Assembly: GCA_010093705.1 (NCBI GenBank)
Contig: MU006115.1
Span: forward strand, 150,678-214,677
Origin: Patellaria atrata CBS 101060
Lineage: Eukaryota
Direction of reading: 5' to 3'
Length of the DNA stretch: 64,000 nt
Under the pieces are notes generated by a model, which did not search any database, was not told the origin of the DNA, and saw only the letters and a list, made by a program, of their open reading frames with translations. Below, piece by piece: positions 13,461-27,699 of this stretch; the stretch's first letter is position 1, and each line of letters opens with the position of its first letter. The position numbers and the translations under genes are program-made.

Positions 13461-13759
13461 TGTGACAATTCGCGATATGAGCGATGGGTTAGGGTGTGGG
13501 TGCGGGATAGGACTGAGGTAACGGTTACGGAGGACACATTTCAGATGAGAACATCAATGGGAAAGGCTCTCCTCGAGATAGGGGAGTCCAAGCTCCATCA
13601 GATAGTAAGCTTATAAGTAAGGTTCGATGCTTGAAAATGCTTGATTTGAGTTAAAGTTGTATCCTCCTTCGCATCCTTCTCCGCACCCCTCTAACTTCCC
13701 CATCGAAGGGTCCAACAGTACAGTAATTTGTACGATAGCAACACAACGTACTACTCCCA

Positions 13760-15175
13760 ATGGCCGACTCCGGACCCTTTCCATCTCCCAAACACATCTA
13801 CACTCCCATCTCCAGCTCCTCACATCCTGGTCTACCCACAACTCCCTTGGCCCCTATCCCCCTCTGGCTCGACTGCGACACCGGCCACGACGTATGCTTC
13901 CCACTTTAACAACTCCTGCCTCACCCTAATCTTCCCACTGTAATTCATACCGACTAATAACCCACTCTAGGATGCATTCGCCCTCCTCCTCTGCGCCCAC
14001 CACCCCTCCCTCCACCTCCTCGGAGTCAGCACCGTTCACGGCAACGCGCCTCTCTCCCATACAACCATCAATACTCTCCGCATCCTACGCGCCATCGGCC
14101 GATCCGACGTCCCTGTCTACACTGGTGCCGCCAATCCGTCGCATAAAGAAGCGGAGTTCGCGCCCGAAATCCACGGTACAATTCGTTGTTCTCATTTCCT
14201 CGCCGGACCAAATGTACGCTGAAGCGAACAATAGGCAAGTCGGGGTTGGATGGCGTACCACTACTCCCCCACTCCGAGGATGAAGAACCACATGAAGGCG
14301 ATGCCATCGACGCAGCGTATAAGGCGCTGATTTCTCAACCACCGGGAAAGGCATGGGTCGTAGCGACCGGACCACTTACAAACATTGCAACGCTCCTCCA
14401 GCGCCATCCCATCCTGATCTCCCACCTCGCGGGACTGAGTTTTATGGGCGGCGTGCTAGGGCATGGGTTCACTTCCGCCCCCATCGGCCGCCCCTGGGAG
14501 CCATCCAGCATCGGCAACTGGACCTTCTACGCCGAATTCAACATTTGGTGCGATCCCCAGGCGGCCTTCTTCCTCCTCTCACACCCTCAAATCGCACGGA
14601 AAACCACATTAATACCGCTGGATGTGACACACCAAGTCATCGCCAGAGAGCGTGAGGTCGGGCATTTACTTTGGGGTTGGATGGACCCGAATGTCAGAGG
14701 CCTGATAGATGCTGGTGTTTATGGGAAATTCGTGGAGATAGTGCCCTCCAGGATCCGCGCGATATTCTATCAGATCATCACCTTTTTCTCGAAGACGTAT
14801 GAGGAGCTCTTTGGTTTCGTCACCGGTCCACCTCTACACGACCCCCTTGCCGTCGCCGCCATATTGACTCCTGACTCTCATCCGGCCCTTACGTGGGATG
14901 ATAGGGGCGGTGAGCGCTTCAAGGTAGAGGTAGTGACGGAGGGAGAGCAGGTGGGGAGGACGATCCCGACGTTACTACCCTCTGGGGAGGAGGGAGTAAG
15001 GATACCGAGAGGCCTGAACACGAAGGCTTTTTGGGATTTGCTAGATGCCAGCCTTGCGAATGCAGAGGCGGGGACGGTGTTGAAAGAACAGTTGAGTAAG
15101 GAGGGCGAGACACCAGCAATTGGTGTCATTTCGAAGAGGAATGAGAATCTCACCATCAGTTGGAGGAAATGTTGA
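13760..15175 (+). CDS. URH1: Inosine/uridine-preferring nucleoside hydrolase; 3 exons
   Basis: WLDCDTGHD|DAFAL across intron 13892..13970; IHG|KSGLDG across intron 14176..14234; ATGPLTNIA, AEFNIWCDP and PPLHDPLAVA. Confidence 0.9.
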
Positions 15176-15670
15176 TGTGGGGTTGAGAGGTTTGGGTACG
15201 GGAATTATCACATGTACCTCGTAAAACGGGATTGAGTGGATACACCGTATAGACCTCTTATTTAATTGAGTAACACATTAGATATTAATTCCATAGTTGG
15301 TTACCTCCTCGAGTAAACAATTTTCAGAGGCAAAGTTACCTAGGCTACTGTACAGTACTGTACCTTTTAGGTTAGCGCGCTTTGGGGTGGTTAAGAAAGT
15401 TTAGGCGACCGCGAATCTCTTCCATCTACTCCGCATATCTTCAGCCTTTTTGATGCTAAATGAACGGTGACCGTAAGGTCTCTTCTCTATTCCTCTGCTT
15501 CAAATGCTTTTACCTGTAGCTAGCAGATACTCAGCGAAGTCCCAATCTAAATTCTAGTACAGAAAACTCAAAACGCGGTTTGACCACCAGCATCATCTCT
15601 CATTCAGATCACCAAAGTCCATATTAGGCCATTATTGAGTTGAGATTATTGTCAACATCTCGCATTCACG

Positions 15671-17922
15671 ATGTCTATAGTTACGCTGCCAGACCGGAGC
15701 TTGAAACCGAAAAATCTTCCACCGTCATCCAGGCTTCTAAACCTTCCACCAGAACTACTACTCCAGGTACTATCGTGGCTTGACCCACCTAGTTTCTCCA
15801 TCGTCTTGCATGTCTGCAAAAGCATTAGGGATCATGCCTCAAGTTCCAGAACTCTTCTACTTCATCAAATCAATAAGGTCCCTGGGTCTACTAAAACTCT
15901 AAACCCGCAGGAAAGTACCATTCGTCTCCTTTCACGCTTTCACAGACGAGCCACTAGGCACCTTCAGCATGGTATTGAAGTGAATACAGACCTTAAATTC
16001 TGGACAACTCAGGAACATACGATCAACCAAAGGCAAAGCACTTTACATCTTTGTCCATGCCTCCAAAACGACCATCTATGGATCGCAGAAATCGATCAGA
16101 AAGAACCTAGAGTACGAGTATACAGTTCGAAAAGCGGATGCGCGCCACAACTGCTGAAAGTTCTCTCACCGCATACAATGATGTCGATGTATACTTCCCC
16201 TCACGAGAAACCGGAAATTTTCTTTAAGGTGCTCATGGTTGCCTTCACCCCTAGTCCTAATCCTGAGAAATGCTGTGATAAAGTTAGCGTGCTATACAGC
16301 TACGAGTTGCAGCCTACACTGATAAATTGTTTTATTGAGCAGGCAATTTTCGATGCGCAGTTCCGGTTCAAGCTTACCACTTACGATCTTGGACAATATC
16401 CAGTGATGCCTGACGGTCCGAATGTTTACTCCATAGAAGGTAGGGGTCGCTATCCTACCGCTCTTATAACACCCAATATGTTCACTGCTATTATCACCTG
16501 GAAAGACGCGGATAATTCCAACCAAATTTCCACCGTTGAGTATCATTTACACAAAAGACTTAAGGCGGATGGAAGCAAACTTAATCCTATGATACCAACG
16601 ACAGCAGATGGTATTGACTTGGCTTGTGAGGAGCGGATAAATGAGGAACACGTCGCCTTTCTCGCAATGTCGGAAGAGGGTGAAGACCCCCCTTATCCTT
16701 TCACCGCGGTGTCGAGTATGAAGCAATTTGATAATAGTATCAATATCTATCACCCCAAGTCACCAGTTCCGTTTTGGAGGATCCCAGAAGCTGTTATTCA
16801 GTATGGCTGGAGAGTGGAATCAATTGATCACTTGCCTTCAGAATGTGAACTCCGAGAATCGAATGGTGAATTTACTGGAAAGAATGTAGGTCTACCGATA
16901 GCCTCCCACCATGAGCATAGGATCTTCCAGCATGAGCATGATCCGAAAACATTTGACTGCATGAACAAGGTGAGCTTCATCTTCCCAAACTTGGTACAAG
17001 ATTTGATGTATGGATATTCACCTTTGCACATTATGCCATGGGTGCTTGCCAGGTATCGTGAGCCTTTCAGTTATGCAATGGAATCGCAGTAAATTAAGGT
17101 GTTCACTCAAAACAGATATTTACTAATACTTCTATCTTATAGATGCTCCACCTTGCTGTACGGGTAACTAAACGCTCGTCATGCACTATCACACGCCCCT
17201 ATCTCGTCACAGCACTCGAAGTTGTCGAAGACTGCAGCAAAATATATCTCGGGTGGAACCTCGACCATCTCGAGCATAGAATCGTCGCAGAACTTCACGG
17301 CATGGACTTTGACGCTCTCTCCACACTAGGGATTATCTCAACGGTCGCTCACTCTGGCAGACGCATAGCGATGACCTCTTGGAACAGAGTGTTCATCTGG
17401 GCCGTGAACCCTCGAGCATTCATAGATGGCAGAAAATCCTTCGGCGACAATCACGAAATCTTGAAAACCGAGACCGAGTACCGGGCCAACCAATCCACCT
17501 GGGGCCATTCCTATTACGAAAACTGCTTAGAAGACGGCGTCGTGGTCTTGAACGCCGTGGAACTACCTTCTGCCGGCGTGGTCTATTCCCTCGAATTCCA
17601 ATCGGACAACGTACTCTGGGCCTGGACGGATCGAGGGTTGGTACAGTGGAAATTCGACCGATTCTGCTCTGCGCGCCGGCAGACCGAGGTCCTGGGACAA
17701 TGTCGTCACACTGATATGAGTGGCCCGAAACCAGCGGGCTCCGTGACGTGTACGACGCAAGAGCTCACAGATGAGTTCAAGCAAATGAAAAGGAGTTCAC
17801 TTGAAGATGTGGAGATGGGGAGGTTGGAACTAGAGCCAAACAAGACAGAACATTGTGATGGAGAATTCGAGCTCTGGTTTGAGGCAATGGAAATGGAGAA
17901 CTGCGAGAGTGCGGAATCTTAA
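15671..17922 (+). CDS. F-box domain protein
   Basis: N-terminal LLNLPPELLLQVLSWLD...VCK. Probable intron ~16970..17142 (GTGAGC...TACTAAT...TAG) joins ORF 17143..17922. Confidence 0.75.
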
Positions 17923-18516
17923 CATCTCCCCGTTCACAGACTCGTCACGGATGGGTGGCGAATCAGACCTCTGTCATCCGTGTCTGGAGAAGAATTCAAT
18001 TGCTGGTATCAAGCGATGGGGATGGAAAATAGCGAAGGGCAAATGAAAATGGAATGTTTGTATCGAAATCTTTGCGGACGGCTTCGATCTCGGTTCAAAG
18101 CAAGGTAAAATGGAAAATGAGACGGGAGCACTGGCGAAAAATCTCTCTGATTTAAGGTGATGCGGCGAAATGTATGGGCTCTTTGTCTCTTCTCTTATTT
18201 TGCGGATCTCTTGTAGACGAACTGCAATTTACCCCTAATATGCTGCTGTCTGGAGAAGGAGCTAGGCTCTGGGTAAAGGGATGGAAATGGAAAGGTGAAA
18301 AGGGCTGAAGATAGATAAGGCGGAAACCTTAAGACAGATCTGAGCTTACGTTAGTTCAAAGCCACAGAAAACCTCGAAAGAGATGTATTGAAACCCTCTC
18401 TTTCACAATTCGTCGCAGGTATAACTATTTCAAACCCCCATGATAATATCCAGCACCCGCAGGAAACACCCCTTAACCCTCTCCATCAACCCCAATTTAC
18501 TCCCCTCCAAACAACC

Positions 18517-20942
18517 CTAAAACGCATTCCCCAAATGATGCTCCCTGATATACTCCGCCCCCTTCTCCGCAAACTCCGCCCTCGTCACAAACGTACTCTT
18601 CGCGCCCGCCCCCTGAGCCCATTTCGCGGCGCCTCTCCATGCATCCAACAATGGATCCCTCGCCCTCCTGACCCCGATCTCGCTACCCGCGGGCATGACA
18701 GCGACCATCTCGCCCCTGAGCCTCTGATCAAAATTGACCAACATGGTATTCCCCCCAGTGAGGAAAACGTCCCTGGCGACGTCGATCCTGTACCCCTCGT
18801 CGAGGCGCTGCGTCAGGATATTCGCCGCGATCTCGATGATACCCGCTTGATCGAGCCCGGCGATGGAAGGCTGGAACACGACTTCCGGAACCCGGATCCT
18901 CTCGACGTTAAGATGGATCTGATTCGCCTCCCTCTGACTCTCGGGATCATGGGGCCAACAACCTCTCGTAAACGCATGCATGAGGCTCTTGGTCCAGTCC
19001 GTCTGGGCCTCGAGCGTGCTCTGCTCGCTGAAGAGCGGGTCGTGCTTCAGCAACTGCGCCTCGATGGACTTGAGGCTATTATTCAAGTCCTCTTCTTCTT
19101 CGTCGTCGGAGGCCTCGCCGGTCGCGACTTGGCGGTAGACGCCCCAGTCCGCGTCGTCGGCGCCGAAGGTGTCTTCGTCGTTGCCGCGACGGCGCTTTTT
19201 GGTCGGGTTGTCGGAGGCGAGGTTGGCGATTGTTTTCATGCGCATTTGGTTCGCGAGGGATTTGCGGTTGCCGAGGTCGGCTTTGAGGCGTTCGCGGTCG
19301 CGGATCTTTTGGAGGAGGGCCTGGGATTGGTTTTGTTAGTTTGCTCATAGTGCTGAAGAGCGTGTGGAATGGGGTTGATGGGTTATCGGGGACTTACTTG
19401 ACGAGCTACCCTCCGCTCTTCTATCCATACTTCGGGGTCTGCTTCCCGTCGCTCGTTGTCGAGCCGCTCTTCCTCCGCTAACCTGGCCTTTTCTCGCTCC
19501 CTTTCCGCTTTTGCCCTTTGTCTTGCATCATAATTAGATTTTGCTAGTCTCTGCTGTCGTTTGGCCTTCAGCCCATCCTCGTCCAATTGGTCATCTGGGG
19601 TATCTAGAAGAGGAAATGTTGGAATCTCCTGTTCCTCTTCTTCCGTATCTCCTAGATCTTTGTTTCTTGCTTTTCGGATAGACTTCTCCATCTCCTTGAT
19701 CTTTTTCCCTAGCCCAACTTCGTCATCGAAGTCTTCTGACTCCAACATACGTTTTGCTTCCTTTTTGGTAGTATTCGTAATCTTCTCTTGTAGTTCTTTG
19801 TAATAAGCGACCTCTTGTTCTTTTCTTATTAACTTGTCTAACCGCATCTTTGCTGCTTGTTCCTGTAATCTTCGGCCACTCTCCTTACGCTTCTCTGCTG
19901 CTCTTGCCAGCTCTTCTTCGCTCTTCTGTACGACCACTTGCTCTGTGTACGGGAATTGTACGATGTGATCTCGATCCTCTAGCCCGGTCCAGTCCAGATA
20001 TCTGCTGAGTTCGTTCTCGTAGTCGAGTGATATTGAGCAATGCTCTTGTACCAAATCTTCCGCTTGAGGATCGCTGATTTTGCCAGAAAAAGATGGATAT
20101 TTCAGTCTGAGAAGTTTCTGTAGGTATTCTGCACCTTGATACCATCCCCAATTAAGCCGACTAGCGTGCGAAAATAAGGGTTTTTGATTCAGCACCGGGA
20201 TGAGATGGGTGGTGGTGTAGGAAGATGAGACGACTAAACCAGTTCGTCCACTGTTATGAGAGTATGAAAATAGAGAATCAACGCCGTATGCCACAGAAGG
20301 GGCACCGTAGCATTCGAAGAGTATTTCAGACATAGCTATCAAGACACCACATTAGAGAAACATCCCAAATTTCAAAGCCCAAAACTCACTTTTGCGTGTG
20401 TAGCCCAAGTTTGTAACGGGCTCAGTCATCACAATCGGCCTGTCAATTCCACCACTTTCGCCATCAATGCCCAGTTTTATGAAGACATAATCTAGAACGC
20501 CCTCCATCGCATCCCAATTGTTGATGATATTACTTCCCGGCTCATACACATTCTTAGACTGCCCTCGAGCTGTGCCATCTGCGTATATGTCGGATCCTAC
20601 GAAGGTGAACGTCCTGTTAAGCTTTCGATCGCGGTATTTGGACCATAGAGGTGGTATTTGGATACGTGGGGACTGATCAAAGGACCAACCAGCGCGGACG
20701 GTGGAAGAGCCTATAATAAAGTAGTTAGACCTCACTGTATGTTTTTAGATTCATCGAAGGGAGCTCTTACCATTGTCAATCACGATAGCCGTACTCGGCG
20801 AGCTTTTCTCATAACCCTCTGTATCGACCGGCTGAAATCCTTTGAACGGAGGCTCTTTCACGGAGTATAGTTTGACTGGTGGTGGTTTGGGGGAGTTACG
20901 GCCAGACTGAGGCGGCGCATCGTTCGCCATAGAGTGAGGCAT
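18517..20942 (-). CDS. ARP5: Actin-related protein 5 (INO80 complex); 4 exons
   Basis: AIVIDNG-SSTVRAGW, MSEILFECYGAPSVAYGVDSLFS, the long charged insertion RKESGRRLQEQAAKMR, DTFGADDADWGVYR, HLNVERIRVPEVVFQPSIAG and EYIREHHLGN. Confidence 0.95.
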
Positions 20943-22459
20943 GACGGTTGATCGTATAATGTCGAGGGAGAAATCGAGTAATTCGTCGCTTTAGAGCATG
21001 GTGGGCGATTTTAAAGATACGTGAGAGGCGATTGTCGTAGTATAGTTAGTCTGTAACAGCGGAGTCATGTGTACGGGTACAGTGCAACTCATTCACAATT
21101 ATTCGCGTTCCTACATCTGTATCAAGCTACGGAGGTCTTCTTTGCCGCGCTGAACCCTTTCCAGGTTCAACCACAACCGCGCGTCTATGTACCAATCAAA
21201 CTGCACAATATAAGGCTGGAAACAGAACAAAATGGTAGTATTTGAGAATACCTGGACGTCAATGTCACTTTTAAACACCAAAAGCTACAAAACGATTATA
21301 GTACCCATAGTATAACTCGCCCGTCTCTCTACAATTTCCTTCTCTCAGACGTATACCATGTACACGCTAAAATCACCATCATACCAACCACAGCAGGTGT
21401 AATAGTGATACAAGCCAACTTGCATATAATTTACTTGAAGTCTCTTGCCACGTGAAAGTTTATCCCGTTTGGTGAGGAGCGAAGACGGAATAAGAAGTCT
21501 CCTTGCTCCTATAGCTCTTTTAATTAGTTTAAGATTTATTATGTGCATGTGGACTTACAGGGTTCTCAACTACGCCTGAGTTTGCCGCAGAGTCATGGTA
21601 TGGTATTGGCGAGGAGACGGCTCTTAAAGTCTACGTAAGTCAACAAGGTATTGCTTGGGTATGCGTCTAAGAACCCTTCTCCTGTCATAGTGTTCTTCGT
21701 GTCCTGTATGCTTTTTCTTCAAACGGCTTTCAATATTACTGAACGGGAAATCGAAGGGAGAGTGAAAGCTCGTAGCGATTCTTTACACGAAACTTTGCTG
21801 GATAAATAGCCCGCAAGTACAATAGATACCGAGCAAGGATACAGAGACATCCCCGATCGGGACAGAAGGGATACACGTACTTACAGCGTCATAATCTCAT
21901 TCGGATTCAGTAGCGTATGGCAGCGTGTTATCCACAGGTGCGGGTGATTCGGAGGCTCTGGTTCGAGCGTCGGGGATACTTTCTTGCATATTTGTGGATA
22001 ATAGTAGATGGTATGATACAGACTTGAAGACGTTTGGAATAATATGAACGTTGAACCGAATGTTCTTTGAATATCTATTGAATCATATCAAAGAACGTGT
22101 GTAATGAAGAATACGGTAGAGAAAATGTGCTAAGGACGTCAGCTTTAAGGAAGTCTCAAAAGGTAATCAAAGTCTCAATGATGGAGAGTACACTCTACTC
22201 ACCTCCTTCTACCTCCATTACCCACCCCTTCGGACCTGCCTGACATTTCCATTCCATTCCATTCACCTATGCTAGACTTCTACTATGATATTACAGCCTA
22301 AATACGCGCCTCTTATAAAACAATACACTGGTATTACCCATCCACAGACTCCCCGCTGAATGCATTTCCAGTTTTCAGCAACGCCAAACACCACCATATA
22401 TGTAGTTCCAAGTCTCTTCCTCCCCTCCACCTTAACCCCATCTCCTCTGCTTTCTTTCA

Positions 22460-23139
22460 CTACACCGGTAACTCCGCCCCTCTCCGCCCTCCGCTAATCC
22501 ATTCGAACCCCCTCGCTATATATGGTCCCACTATTGGAACATTCCCCACAAATCCAGCAATCGTCGCGAAGAAGTCGCCAAATAGCACAAATATGCCATA
22601 GAGCTCGACTATAAAACCGATCAAAGGCCAACGGAAAAGGATGAGGAGAATGCCGGCGACGAAAGCTGCGGTGCCTTTAGCTTTTTGCTTGCGGGCGAAG
22701 AAAAGAAAGGTCTTTTGGGCGCCGATTATTAGGGTTAGGCCGGCTATGAAGAGAATCTGAGAGGGGGGAAGGTGTTAGTTTAGAGAGGCTAAGCCGGCGG
22801 AGCCGGGGGATTCTCTTTTACGAGGTTAGGGCGATAAAGGAATCGGGAATATCTACGTTGCCCATTGCTAACATTGCCCTATCAAAAAACATCATGACAC
22901 CACCAAGCAAAAAGAAGCCGCCTGTGGACTGTGGTGAGCGAAGGGGGGAAAGCCCAGTGGGGGTGGAATCCGTACCTACCACCGGAGCAAAAGGCGACTC
23001 CAATTTCTAAGGAAAGTTAGCATTGATACTAAGGAGCCTTTGAGAGGTTAGGCGTATGACTAGAGTGGAGGGATAAGGAGAGGGAGGTGGATAAGGAAGC
23101 CTACGTACTTTGCGAATCGCTTAACCACATTGTAGGCAT
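22460..23139 (-). CDS. GOT1: Got1/Sft2-family Golgi transport membrane protein; 4 exons
   Basis: Manual splice: [66 protein letters not shown]...FGDFFATIAGF...AELPV*. Confidence 0.93.
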
Positions 23140-23946
23140 TGTTGTAGTGTTTTCTCTTTTTAGTTGATGAATATGAACGAGGTTCTATGTGTAGAAGGTA
23201 TTAGATCGTGTATTTCGCGATTGTGTGGTTGTGGATTGACGTGGTGCGCTGCGTGAACTTTTGAATGCTGGCTTCTTTCATAAAATTGTCGCGACTGATT
23301 GCGGAGGTGAGACGGGAGAGCGCCAGGGGCACATCCGGAGATAACCCGATCAAATTTCCTCAAGGTCCTCCGAAGATTGTTGGGACGGAAAGACAGCAGA
23401 ATTCTCAAATGATCAAAATGATTAATGTCTTCAAAATGTTTCATTTTACTTTCAAATCATACATTACTGTCGTAGATAAGTATGATAGTCATTATGTATA
23501 GCCTGTAAGTTCCCCATTCCACCCTATCAAGATGTCCTGTAGAGTCTTCCAAGCTAGATTGATGGGTAAACCTCAATCACATCCCCTTCCACATCCCGGC
23601 ATAACATTTATTTATCAATCCGCCTTGACAACAGTAGGAACTCCTACTGTAACTGGACGCTTTTCCATAGCTCTCCGGTACCCTGTCGTTTTGGCGCAGA
23701 GCAACCTATCTTAAAACTCGACCGCGATAAGCCGGAGCGTCTTCTTGAGTCTTTCTTCGAAAGGAGCTTGATAGGTGGAAGATGCTTGACTTCTTGGTCA
23801 TACATTGTACAGATATGCTTAGTTTAGCCGCAGGATTCTCAGGACGGAATAATGGCAGCAACCCTCCTTTTGAACCCCTTAATGTATAATAGGGTAGTCC
23901 AGAGACTGTATATAAATGATCCATATAGATCAAACCCCCGATCACC

Positions 23947-24516
23947 TCATTTAAGGACTGTATGTGCTCCTCTTGCTGCCAAATGGTTCTCTGTCGTTGC
24001 TTGGTTCAACGTCCGTAAGACACCATATACTTCCACATTATGATATCTCAATCTCGTTTTTGGATCCTTATAAGGAGCAGGCAGACCTGTGATATCGCAG
24101 TAATGCCGTTGACTTGCTGGGTGTAGAGAAGGCGCGGCCTCAATGTTCGTATAGGTCACAGTAGGTCCTGTGGAATTCGCCGCCCTAAGATTCTTCTCTA
24201 ATACTAGTTGTGACAAATTCTGAGCGGCTTGCGCGATATTCGGTTGCCGATTCACGCCATTCGCTGGTGTCGTGGCTCCAGTATCCGCACCTGTTGCAGG
24301 TGGAAGGGGAGTAGACGAGCCGCTGTTATTCTGTGTTGCCATGACGGAAGCTTCTTTGCGTGAAGCTTCTGCAATGATCTGCTTGACATTTTTGTTTCGG
24401 CGTTGAGGGGGCTTCCAGGTTGGTTTGCGGAAAGGTTTGCGGATTGCGTAGAGGTCGAGTTTGTCTAGTAAAGCTTGATGATTTGTTTCATCTGAGGCCT
24501 GAGTGATTGGCGCCAT
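23947..24516 (-). CDS. IES6: INO80 complex subunit Ies6 (YL1-C domain)
   Basis: RRNKNVKQII and TYTNIEAAPSLHP...YCDITGLPAPYKDPKTRLRYHN...LAARGAHTVLK. Confidence 0.95.
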   Translation of the reverse strand: MAPITQASDETNHQALLDKLDLYAIRKPFRKPTWKPPQRRNKNVKQIIAEASRKEASVMATQNNSGSSTPLPPATGADTGATTPANGVNRQPNIAQAAQNLSQLVLEKNLRAANSTGPTVTYTNIEAAPSLHPASQRHYCDITGLPAPYKDPKTRLRYHNVEVYGVLRTLNQATTENHLAARGAHTVLK

Positions 24517-24728
24517 ATCGTTAATTAATTCTGCACTGTGTTACGTCGAGTCTCAAGAAAGGGGAGGTATTAGATTTGTGTGGTTTTTGAGAGACTCAAA
24601 AGGTCGCGATTCTAATATTCCACCACTTCCGCGCGGTTATTAGACTAGCGTGTTTATCTTCCCGCTTGCCGTAAGCCTTAATACGAGTATCTCCAACTCT
24701 CTATGAGCATCACGTTTCCGCCGTAGCT

Positions 24729-25182
24729 ATGGTTAGTCACTTCTCAATAACTAATATCACGCAGGAAACGGGTCTGATATCATCTTAGGAGAGCCCTCAC
24801 GAGCATCAGCAGAGTCTCTTACTAGGGCGCATCATCACTAATGTGGTATGTTTCTCCAGGTATCATCTGCATATGGTCTCAATGATTCTCATATTTGCTA
24901 TAGGAAAAGTTGAACGAGGCTATTATGGCTTTAAATAAGAACCTTCAGGTAGATAACTAATAATTAATGCTGTGACTGCTGTTGCATCTAGTTTATTCAG
25001 AACTCACTATTCAGTAGGAAATCAATATTCAGAATATGAACGTCGAATTAGTCGCCCAGATGTTCAAAAACTACCAATCTAATGTTCTGTTTCATCTTGA
25101 AGGTAATAGTCTTCATAATTTGTCACTTTATACGAAAATCTGACGATCAAAAGCGACGGAAAGTCTCAAGGACCCATCATGA
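24729..25182 (+). CDS. DAD4: DASH/Dam1 kinetochore complex subunit Dad4; 5 small exons (absent from ORF track)
   Basis: Manual splice: [72 protein letters not shown]. The first coding exon is only ATG (intron 24732..24788). Confidence 0.93.
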
Positions 25183-25465
25183 TAGAGTCGGCGTGGCCTA
25201 GAACAGTTAAATCTTAGACGGCATATAAATCATTAAAAAGCTGAGTTCCGCCATTATTTAGACTTTTGAAATAGAGTATATACGTATGTGAGAGTGCTTT
25301 TTTTTTTTTCAGACGCCAACACCAGATAAAATATAAGTTGGTTTAAATGGACCAAAGGCCATGGTATATCATCCTTAACGCCCCTGATTTGAGGTATGAC
25401 CTGAAACATCCCGCCAGTGACATCAAAACGTATGCTCATGTAATATATAAACAAATAGTATGTCT

Positions 25466-26706
<1,241 letters not shown>

Positions 26707-26852
26707 GTTTACTCGGAGAGTTGGGACTTTCGAATTATGAAAAGAGAATTTATTCTATGGAATGGATTACGGGTAATTCAAAGGAACGAGTAGCTAAGGA
26801 CTAAATATAAGAAAGAGCAGAGTGAAAGTAAAAGTGCAATGTGTCCAAGCGG

Positions 26853-26859
26853 TGAGTCA
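26853..26859 (-). promoter_or_regulatory. Gcn4/CpcA (cross-pathway control) element TGACTCA upstream of DAHP synthase
   Basis: TGAGTCA on the + strand, ~147 bp upstream of the ARO4 ATG. Confidence 0.6.
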
Positions 26860-27699
26860 AGAAGAAGTGTTACGAGAGTTCGATATTTTTTTACCTTTCA
26901 TCTCATTCGTGGCGGCGGGGGGAAGGACTTGTTGTTTTTGGATCATTTGCACGACCGACTTTCGGAGCTGTAAATGTACTTTGGAGAGCATCACGAGCAT
27001 CTCACATCAACCATCGGACAACCAGATATTCAACCATGTGTGCCTAAACTTACATCGCTCTTTTCGCTTGTCAGAAAATTCAATCTTAGGTGCATCTAAG
27101 CTGCATATATGCTGTAGGATTACCTCATCGCGCTGGTGCTGGATGGTATTGAAAGCTTGGAAGAAGTGGTAGACGTGTGTCTCTTTTCAGATTTCCCCGG
27201 AAAACGCCATGGTTAAAGTAGATTGGGCGTATTCCCATTCTTCCCATTCTTCCCAAATGCGCGAAACTGCAATAACAATGACAATAATCGGTCCGGCGGT
27301 ACGAAGGAGAGCTGGGAAGTGATACTGTACACTGTTACTGGCACAGCTGGTGTGAGGAACGGCGAAGAGCTTACCTACAGCCCAGGTTGTCTCCGCGCCT
27401 AAACTCATACAGGTACCTTGAAACCCCAAGCTCAAGGTGAAACCGCATAACCAGAACCGTAAAGGCGGCTTTTCACCTTTCACACCCAGAAGGGAAATCA
27501 CTTGAGGGGTTTCGCAAAGCAAGAGCTTGAGGTTCGTCTCCACTGGTTGGACGAGCTCGGCCATCTTGAAGCCTGAAATCATGGACTCGATCGCAACTCC
27601 TTATCCCCCTTTCTACCTTCCATCACCGGTATCACCTCAAGTCTCCGAACCCATTACTTATTGAGAACGCATGAACGCAGCACTATACAATTCTTGTCC

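Noticed and set aside
18388..19350. 320-aa plus-strand ORF
   Set aside because: Antisense shadow of the GC-rich last ARP5 exon; no recognisable motif.
22729..22739. TTAGGGTTAGG telomere-like or telomerase-template-like motif
   Set aside because: Under two repeats and inside the GOT1 coding exon (LTLI codons).
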